Assembly: GCF_006345805.1 (NCBI RefSeq)
Contig: NC_043001.1
Location: 3,968,001-4,032,000, forward strand
Source of the DNA: Octopus sinensis
Lineage: Eukaryota
Direction: 5' to 3'
Length of the DNA stretch: 64,000 nt
Both the position numbers and the translations under genes were made by a program. Shown here in pieces: positions 55,416 through 64,000 of this stretch (the first letter of the stretch is position 1; every line of letters starts with the position of its first letter). Under the pieces are notes generated by a model that had not been told where the DNA came from, did no database searches, and was given only the letters and a program-made list of their open reading frames with translations.

Positions 55416-55534
55416 GTGATTATAACAAGCATGCAAATTATTAGTAAATAATAATGATAATAATAACAGTAATAACAACAGCAACAACAATAATAATAAT
55501 ATAATAATAATAATAATTGCCCAGGCATTGCCAC

Positions 55535-56040
55535 TCATGGCTTCTGATCTTAACAGATTGGAAGAGTTATCATGTACATTGTTTTGTCTTGGTATAAAAT
55601 ATGGTCTACAGTAAATTTTCTGCTCAAAACCACAGATTTGCTTGTCAGTTGTTTCACCTTAGTTGAGCAAGTCGTTTAGTGGTTGATGATATATGCATCT
55701 CTGGTCACGAGCAGAATTAGTGCGTGAGCATCATAGCCATGTGTTGAGAGGAATTCTGTGGGGTTTGGATAATTCACCTTTGGAAACGTGAATGTTTCGT
55801 TCAACATTCTTAAATAACTCTTGTTCAGGGAAATTTTGAGCGGGATTGGTTACTCAACCTACAGGAACATTTAACTGAGCCCCACCTGCAAGTTTATGCG
55901 TTGTTTCTCTTGATATGAGATCATCATATCGCGCACATATGGTTGTAATGCATGTGACTGGGGTACCCTTATCAGACAGGTAGTCATGATGAGTATATGG
56001 GGTTTCATATATTTTATCGCAGTGTCACTTTGATGGCATG
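55535..56040. mobile_element. Interspersed repeat of unresolved class; partial second copy at 48020-48148
   Basis: catggcttct...gttatcatgta.attgtt..gtct.ggtataaaa.atgg.ctacag.aaat.ttctgctcaa.accacagattt is shared by both loci; both follow (AAT)n. Confidence 0.65.
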
Positions 56041-56153
56041 CACTGCTCTCTCACTCAATAATAATAATAATAATAATAACAACAACAAAAACAACAACAA
56101 CAACAACAATAATAATAATAATAATGATAATAATGATGGTAATAATAATAATG

Positions 56154-56207
<54 letters not shown>

Positions 56208-56543
56208 TAAAATAATAAAAAACTAAAGTAATAGAATTATATGCAACTCCCTGAACCTTGATGGTTACAGTCCAAATGCTACGGAATACACTCTCCATCT
56301 AAAATGGCATAAATGTGGTCATAACTTTAGTATGCAGAGCAAAACAAATGTGCACTTGCTACCCTTAGTCTTCATAGGATGCCCGCTACTAAGGAAGCTG
56401 AAATAAAGTTATAATGAACGATAATAATGACAATGATATTGAATTTGTAAATGATGACCATTCAAATCTGTTCCACACATGAATATAGTTTACTTATCAG
56501 AAAATGCATCAGTTATAGCTAGGTTAATTAGTAACTGATTAAG

Positions 56544-56660
56544 ATGTGGAAATTAGATGATGTGACTATCATACCAGTAATTGTTGGGGCATTATTCATA
56601 GTGAAGAACTATAAGAAATTGGTAGAGAATATTGCAGTTGAATGTGATGAAGGCTTTAGA
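56544..56660 (+). mobile_element. Dong/R4 extreme 3' fragment
   Basis: MWKLDDVTIIPVIVGAL matches TWNLKTETIPIIAGALG of the main copy. Confidence 0.65.
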
Positions 56661-57299
56661 AATATAGTTGATTGTGAACGGGGAAACTATAACAGAAGCC
56701 ATGTATTGATTGGATGGATTCAAAGGAATGCAAAAGCAAAGACAAATCTGCTAGACAGATACGACTACCTGGTTGTAGCTTGCTAAGGAAGATGAGAAGT
56801 GACCAGATTACAAACACCATCCAGAAAGAATAGTAAAAAACAAATCAGAATTATAATTACATTTATATTTTCTAGTCTTTGCCACAGGATTCTGAATGTC
56901 TCTGGTTACTATAAATGAAAAAAAAAACAGACAAAAATAAAACGGACCACTAAAGGCAGCAGTATGTAACGATTCAGGATTAACATCATTGAAAAGTGTA
57001 ATATCACCAGTAAATATAAATCGAAAATAAGAAAACGATCAGTAGTAATATATCAGAGAATGAGATATAGTAATAAATATATGCAGGAGAATCACATAGG
57101 AACTAAAAATGGATTAAGAAACAGAAGCGAGAAACAAAATATAATATTTCGTGCTGCTACATAAACGAGTGTGTATTACTCTCAATTTTACAAATAATTT
57201 TTTTCGCGTTTTGATTTTATCTTTGTTTTTGTCACAAATCAACCGAAGTGTGTCAATCAGTGAGTATGACTGATACAAACTGGTATTCCTCCAGTAAGT

Positions 57300-60007
57300 A
57301 ACCAACCAACACCATTTGTATGACGTCTGCTTCTATGACAACGGCATTTCCTGCAGTATGCCGCATATCACATCGAGCTCTGTTCTTTGAACAGAACGCC
57401 AACCCGGTAGATGACTGTTTCTCATTTAAATATATGCTTAACTAGTTCTAGTGACCCATCAATCAACGTTCATCACCTTAATAACTAAGCATTCAGAATT
57501 TCGTATCCGGGCCATTTTCAATGCGCTGTATCTTGATTTGCAGATAACTATTTCATGGCATATGTAGCCAACCAGACGAACTTCTAAACGCTTTTTATAT
57601 TCCCATCCACTGCGCTGACTTTAGTCGTTATGTATTCGACTGTTATTATAACCACTGGTTTTGTTGTTGTTCTGTACTTTTGTTTTATTTGATGTATTCC
57701 TTGGAATTATATTTGTGTGTCTATTAGGTGGCGAGGTAGCAGGATTACTAGCACGCTCTGAATTCTAATTCTACCAAGCTCAAGAAAATAAATACCATTT
57801 GTGTGCTAGCGTCGATGAAATCGATTTAACACTTTCAACGCAATTAGTGGCTTTCAGCCACAATCTGAAACGATTATAATCTTGTACCTCATTGTCATTG
57901 CATTTGCACGTTTATTTTCTTGTCTCACTCTGTACCAGTTGATGTGGTCATGCGGTTTTCTTCTTAGTACTTTTTCATTCCGTCTTTATGGGTTTACTTC
58001 TTTTGGTTATTTCACATTGCTCCAGTCCACTCAGCGGGCAAAAACGAGGAGTAGTACTTATATTTCAAACAGCCAACTTTCTCACATCCTTTTCTTTTCT
58101 ACTCTAGGTAAAAGACCTGAACATTTTGGGTAGTGGGATGTGTAGTCTGTTAGATCGACCCCAATACGCATCTGGTACTTACTTAATCGACCCGAAAAGG
58201 ATGAAAGGCGAAATAGACCTCTTCAGAATTTGAACTCAGAACGTAAAGACACATGAAATACATATTTCTTTACTACCCACAGGTGGCTTAACCCAGAGAT
58301 GACAAACAAGGACAGACAAAGGGATCAAGTCGATTACATCGACCCCAGTGCGTAACTGGTATTCAATTTATCGACCCCGAAAAGATGAAAGGCAAAGTCG
58401 ACCTCGGCGTAATTTGAACCCAGAACGTAACGGCAGACGAAATACCGCCAAGCCTTTCGCCTTGCGCGCTAACGTTTCTGCCAGCTCGCCTTCTTGCTCG
58501 CTTTGTCCCATTGCGTCACGCTTAATCTCCCTGTGAACTAAGGTACACGTGTCTCGGAAGTGCTCAACTTGCTTGTTAATTTCGCGATCAAGATGTTCTG
58601 TTGATCGAATCAACTGGAACGCTCGTTTTCGTATCAGACGAAGTGTCAGCGTCGTTGTTTAGGTTGTCTGAGCGTTGATTAGAAGCAGATATTTGGTGAG
58701 GGAGTCTTGCGTTTCTGTAAACGTTTCACTCCTTAAACCTTTTACTGTGCAACTGTTTTACATCCTTATGCAGGACTCATCACGACAACTCCTCAAGATT
58801 CTTTACTATCCTTCGGGTCTTTCGGTGAGAAATGGGAGAGACATCTCATTCAGAGCTTGAATGAGTATCAGTGAAGCTGGATATGGGAATTTGAAAGTTT
58901 TTATTGTTTTTTGTGGGGATGGGTTGTGCGAAGTATTTTTGATCTGAGGTGGCGCTAGTGTGAATTGTTTCTAGCAATGTCAAGCAGCAGCTCATGGATC
59001 GTTGCTACATTTATTGTTGCTGCTGTTATTGGCCATCGCTTTCCTGCTTCGCTTTTGTTGATGCTACGCTTACTGCTTGTGTCTTCAGAACGATTTCAGC
59101 TGGCGAACAAATTTTATTAGTTTCACCAAAACTCGAAAGTTGTTCATGTTAGCGCAGATGTGTTATTTGAGTCTTCCACCTGTCGACATAACCAAATACC
59201 TCTGGGTTAGGAATCATCGACAAATCAAAAGATATTAGAAATAACTTTACACTGATACTTATTCTTGACTGTTGGATTTGAATGCGAAGCTGTTGATGGC
59301 AACATTGCCACACTCCACCCGCTTTACTTTTATCAGAATTTCGTAGATGCGACATTCGAATGCTTCATATTCGCAATCTGTAATCATGTAATTGAAATGT
59401 TCTCTTTACCCTCACCGTAACAAAAGGAATAAACTATGACATGATATTGCTCTCTTCCGGCGTACAATACAGTGTGACATACGCTATGGAGACATGTTGC
59501 ACCAGTCCCAGAGTGGCAATTACACATTACACAGACCACAGGCGAATCTTCAGATCATTTTTTTTCTCTTTCAGTCAAAGAATTTTGCGCAATCTTATTT
59601 CGATAAAAAAAGTTTGGCAATTCTTACTCATGTCGACGTCACTGACATCATTAACAGAGGTTGTGTGAATGGAAACATTGTTGCTGCGCTGTTGGTGCCC
59701 ATTTTAAAACTGACAATGTCAGAGGCTGCCATGTTCCGCTTCAGTAGTGACATATCTGGGAGTGTCACATGGGTCAGGTTAAAGACGCCAAGATTCTGCA
59801 AGTATATTGAGTTATTCTCTCAACTACCATCTTCAATGGATGTTACCGTTGATGGTAATTGTGAAGGTGGAGTTGGGGTTGGTGTTATCACAGACTGTTG
59901 GACTGGGACCTGGAAAGTGGCGTTTTGTCCCTCCCTCTGTATCATTGTAGGGAATGTACTCCGCCTCCCTGTTGATTTCCTTACTCCCTTTCTTTTCTCA
60001 ATCGTTT
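57300..60007 (-). pseudogene. Large decayed exon(s) with a Cys/His-rich PHD/RING-like cluster and polyQ remnant, split by SINEs
   Basis: Acceptor tttattttcag|AA at 60007, then TIEKRKGVRKSTGRRSTFP...PTPTPPSQLPST; VVCVMCNCHSGTGATCLHSVCHT; (Y/C)SFCYGEGKEN; TDCEYE; GVWQC; PRGIWLCRQ; Q*QQQQ*M*QR. Visibly less AT-rich than the flanks; multiple stops and frameshifts. Confidence 0.5.
58120..58490 (-). mobile_element. SINE family B, dimeric form, inserted in the decayed gene
   Basis: Head ggcgagctggcagaaacgttag at 58490; junction aaagaaata|tgtatttc at about 58262. Confidence 0.85.
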
Positions 60008-61849
60008 CTGAAAATAAACAATACAGTATTAAAAATTACAATATTTGGTTAATGAGCATTATCGAAAAGTGAAAAGGAGAAATGGTCCCAGTAGAGGCCG
60101 AATGAATTAGACGTTCAGTGCAGCATGTCAATGATCAGGTCTGCATGAAGACAAAATACCATTAAGGGAAGAAAATAAACAGCTTAATTAGAAAAAGTTC
60201 ACAACGGTTACAATCCGAGGGGCGATAAAAAGAGACAACACTTTAACAATGGAAACAAGAACAACAACCAATAAAAAGGAAATCAAAGTTATAAACCACT
60301 AGTACCTCGGCGACAAGGCCAAAGCGACCAGTAATAAACGGTTTCAAATTTTGAAATAAGGACAGCAGATCTGAGGCGATGGGGTTAGTCGATGCTATCA
60401 ACCAGCTTATTGACTGTTACTTTATTTTATCGACTTCGAGTGGATGAGAGGCAATGTTGAGACCGGACGAAGTTCGAACTCTAATTTGGAAAGAAATTTC
60501 ACTCGGCATTTTATCAAACGATCCAAAGATTTTGTACGCTTAACGTGCTTTTTTTTTATATTTTGAATTCTTAAACATCTTGGTACAAAACCAGACATTT
60601 CTAGGAGTAACAGGTTAATCTATTTCTCCGTCTGAAGTACAAAACTGCTACTTTATTTCATCGACCCCAAAATGATAAAATGCAAAATTTACGTTGGTCG
60701 TGTGAGAACACAGAATGTAGTAGTAGTAGTGGTGATGGTGGTGGTGGTGGTGACCGCAGCAGCAGTGGTATGATAAATAATAGTAAAAGAGAGAGAGAGA
60801 AAATAGATGAAGAGGAGGTGGAGGAGGAGAGAAAGAAGGAGAAAGGAAAACATTTCTTAAACCCAACGTCGTATATTAATTAGAAGGTTTCATTTGATCA
60901 AACCAACCTCGGTTCTTAATTGGCATCAAAAGTGCGAGTGTTTTCATTGAAATTTAACGAGTTCGCGAGAGGAAAGAATTAAACGTTAGAGTCTTCACGT
61001 TATCCAATTCTTTAGAAGACAGAAAGCTTGCATCGTTTCAGTTGTGCAATCTTATAAAAGATTTCGAAATTGCTAGAATATACGCAGACAAAAACGTGCA
61101 TAGAGTTGAAAGAAACAAATCACATTCGTTTGCTTTGGCTACGGAATGTTGAGCACATCTTTTAGTAAATGGATTTATGGGGGGTTTTTTTGTATGAGAT
61201 TCCAGAAGATTCTCCATAGTGCTGTACTGTTTTGGTTTAACAAAAATAACGTTGTTAATTAAAGCTAGAATCGATCCTACACTCTGAACTTTTAATACAG
61301 TTGTCAATTTTTCCGCCTTGGTCGACTTTGTCGTCTATTCTTTCCGGTTCGAAAATTAAAATACCAGTTGCATACTGGGGGCCGTCTAATCAACTGGATG
61401 CCTTCCCAAAAATTTCGAGCCTTGTGCCTAGAGTAGAAAAGAATACAGTTGTCAATTTTACAGCATATTATTTTATATTTCAAAAAATATTTCTTGTATA
61501 AATATTTCTTGTATAACATTGAGCAGAGGGTGCGATTGGTCATTGCTGCAGACCGCATGGTACACACCACTGATGTATCTATATTGCATGATTTCATCGA
61601 CTACATAGTCATGACTAGAACGCTTTTGAATTAATTCGTGGATTTGTATAAAACAAATTATTTCTTGTGTCTTTTCTGTTTTAACTGTGTAGTGAATTTT
61701 AGATCAGATTTCATTTCTAGAACCACAGCCTAATTATGTTGCCACTAATTATATCGCCATAAAAAGTATTCGCGTGTACTTACCTCTTCCTTGTGAATGG
61801 TTTTCTGTAAGAACACCGAGAGAAATACATATTTAAATTGCGAAAAGAT

Positions 61850-63000
61850 TGGTTTGTTATTTCACTTACCCATAGTGAAGGTTGTTTACTGGGTAACACC
61901 AACGTATGTTGTACTATGTTACAGACTGATTATATTTCCATAGTTACGGTGGTTCTTCCCAGAGTTAAAGCTGTTTTAATTGCAACACGAACAGTTTGCA
62001 ATATATTGCTGACTTTACTTATGACTTAGAATAATAACAACGCTTTATTGGCCACAAATGCCCGAAATATTAGGAAAAGTTCAAAGGCGAAAAACGATAA
62101 GCAAGAAGCAGTCTGTAGTTTTCATCATAATAACAATAACAGAATGAATTTTAATAACACAACAGTACAAGTCAAAGTTTAAAAACTAACTGGACATGAA
62201 TACCCAAAAGGAATGAAAAAACTTTAGTTCATTCTGTATCAATATTTAGAGATTCATAAGAATGTTCCCCGAGGCCTTGAGGTAAAAGTCATAAATTATA
62301 AATGAACCTGAAGTAATATTTATATAGTTAGCAGTAATATATTTTCTTATTTCTAGATGTGAAATAAGTTAAAGACAGAATGACTGTTTAAAATAAATTA
62401 TAGTAAAATTATCAGAAATGGTGAATAATTACGACCATTTTCCTGACAAAAGAATTAAATTCAGTAAAGGACAATGGGAAATATTTATAGATTGATAAAA
62501 TGACTTCAAATTGAACAATGCAAACAAAGAATATTTAGAAGAATTCTTGCGAAATTTACTTTAAAAAATAATGAAAGGAGCCTGATATTGAACTATTTTC
62601 ATATCAAAAGGATAAAGAATGGAAAGCATTGAATAACCAAAATCTACAAATCCATTAATTAAAGTAATTAGTGAAATGAGACATCTTACATTAAAAATTT
62701 GGAAATTCAAACATATTTCTTCTATAAGTGATTTCATAGAATCACGAATATTTTTGAATTCCTTGCTTTCATGATGGTTATTTTATTTGTAAAGATATAT
62801 TGACAGAGAAAATTGAAATATGCCAGTCCAGTTCTTGCAAAAGGTAAACGTTGCTGTTGCAAGTGTTTCTAATACACATAATAATTCAGTTACTGTCGAT
62901 TGTTGCAAGGGTTTTCAAATATTCATGTGTTCCACTATTATCAACGTAGTGTAAGGTTTTTGATGCTTGCATCATTATATTCCGGAGCAAATATTATAAA
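61850..63000 (+). pseudogene. Possible decayed intronless rhodopsin-class GPCR
   Basis: Collinear but frameshifted TM-like reads: VVLP...TRTVCNILLTLLM (GxxGN-like), KKQSVVFIITITE.ILIT, IVSSNIFLFL...DRMTV (DRY-like), IFEFLAFMMVILFVKIY, TLLLQVFLIHIIIQLLSIVARVF. Confidence 0.3.
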
Positions 63001-63349
63001 GACAGCAATGACGATGGTCGTAGCAATGCCAATGGCAATGAAGATAACAATGATGAGAATGATAATGGTGATGATGATCATGAAGACGATGAAATTTTAA
63101 CCTGTATTAAAACATAATGGTCAATGATAATAAGAAGAGCATTATCGACTGGTCCCCTCCCCAAAAATTCCGGGCCTTGTGCCTAGAGAAGTAAAGAATG
63201 ATCTAGCCACTGCAGTTGTCTAGTTATTGGTTGCAGTAACCCGAATTCACGCAATCCAATCAGATTCGATTTTAAAATCATTTTTACTCTGTTTAAATAT
63301 GTCTGAGTAATTCTTACTTTCATCTATTTATGTAAAATATCATTCAGCT

Positions 63350-64000
63350 ATAAGATCACCAAATACGAATGTTCACTATGTTCTGGTTCCCAATGTTTTC
63401 TCCCGATGGCAGCCGTAATCCACCACCACTTGCTTTCTTCTTTCTTATGGTGAATTTTGGAAATTTCAGATTCCCTATTGGTGACTGGATTGATTTAACC
63501 AAACAATCTATCTGGCTTTCAATCTTTTCAGTTTCAGGTCATCCATATACAAACGATTGATTCTGAATGAACTTTTACTTTCACGTTGGTAACCCATGTT
63601 AAACACAAACCGCGATGTTGAAAACGAATCATCTTAGAAGATAATCCTTTTTAATTTCTACTTCTCGAAGAAATATTTTGCTAAGAACAACACTGGCTTA
63701 TTATTAATGATGTTGTCAACAATATCAAACAGCTGCAGGGTTTCAACAAACCTAGAATGCGGTGCTATACTATATGCCTTTTTAAAGTTAAATCCAGTCC
63801 AGAGACACATTTCTATGATGCTCTTTTTTTATCATTCTTCAAAACTGTCTCTTCGATAGCCAGATGCACCTGGGTACGCACCCAAAGATGTCTTTCTACG
63901 CCTTCTTTGTTGCCTTGGTAATAATTCTCCCTGTAATAGTATGTCTTACCCGTCAACATTCCAGTATGGACCTTACACATTACATTCATACAAGTTACAG
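63350..64000 (-). mobile_element. Old Dong/R4 RT fragment running off the window end
   Basis: Minus strand: W..FKKAY...PHS...ETLQLF, EVEIKR..F..D, NRLYMDDLKL. Confidence 0.75.

Noticed and set aside
59494-60072. 192-aa plus-strand ORF
   Set aside because: Best explained as an antisense shadow of the minus-strand decayed exon, which has the splice acceptor and the Cys motifs.
61864-61870. Strong minus-strand donor (ATGG|GTAAGT), phase-compatible with the 60007 acceptor
   Set aside because: All upstream minus frames contain stops and the region reads better as plus-strand TM1; a single GTAAGT is expected by chance. Kept only as a possibility.

Overview
This is eukaryotic, AT-rich, microsatellite-saturated DNA. 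The SINE families, Dong/R4 and Penelope load and (TA)n/(TAA)n/(GATA)n density look like a coleoid cephalopod (Octopus-like) genome; that assignment is pattern recognition, not a database match. I can support no intact protein-coding gene. Nearly all listed ORFs are microsatellite translations, antisense shadows or transposon debris. Transposon content: (i) one 5'-truncated Dong/R4-clade LINE (RT plus restriction-like endonuclease) inside (TAA)n and at least six more fragments; (ii) CR1/L2, RTE and Penelope (GIY-YIG) fragments; (iii) a decayed mariner transposase and a Tc1-type MITE; (iv) at least four tRNA-derived SINE families; (v) several long fold-back elements inside (TA)n. Probable decayed host genes: a minus-strand gene with a PHD/RING-like Cys/His cluster (about 52.8-60.0 kb) and possibly an intronless GPCR (about 61.9-63.0 kb). 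The best lead is a small repeat whose tail carries a minimal type I hammerhead ribozyme (core intact at 14362-14407, minus strand). A second copy of that tail sits behind a Pol III tRNA-like head, just downstream of a Penelope endonuclease fragment, suggesting a ribozyme-bearing, Penelope-mobilised SINE. All alignments and translations were done by eye and coordinates of decayed elements are approximate.
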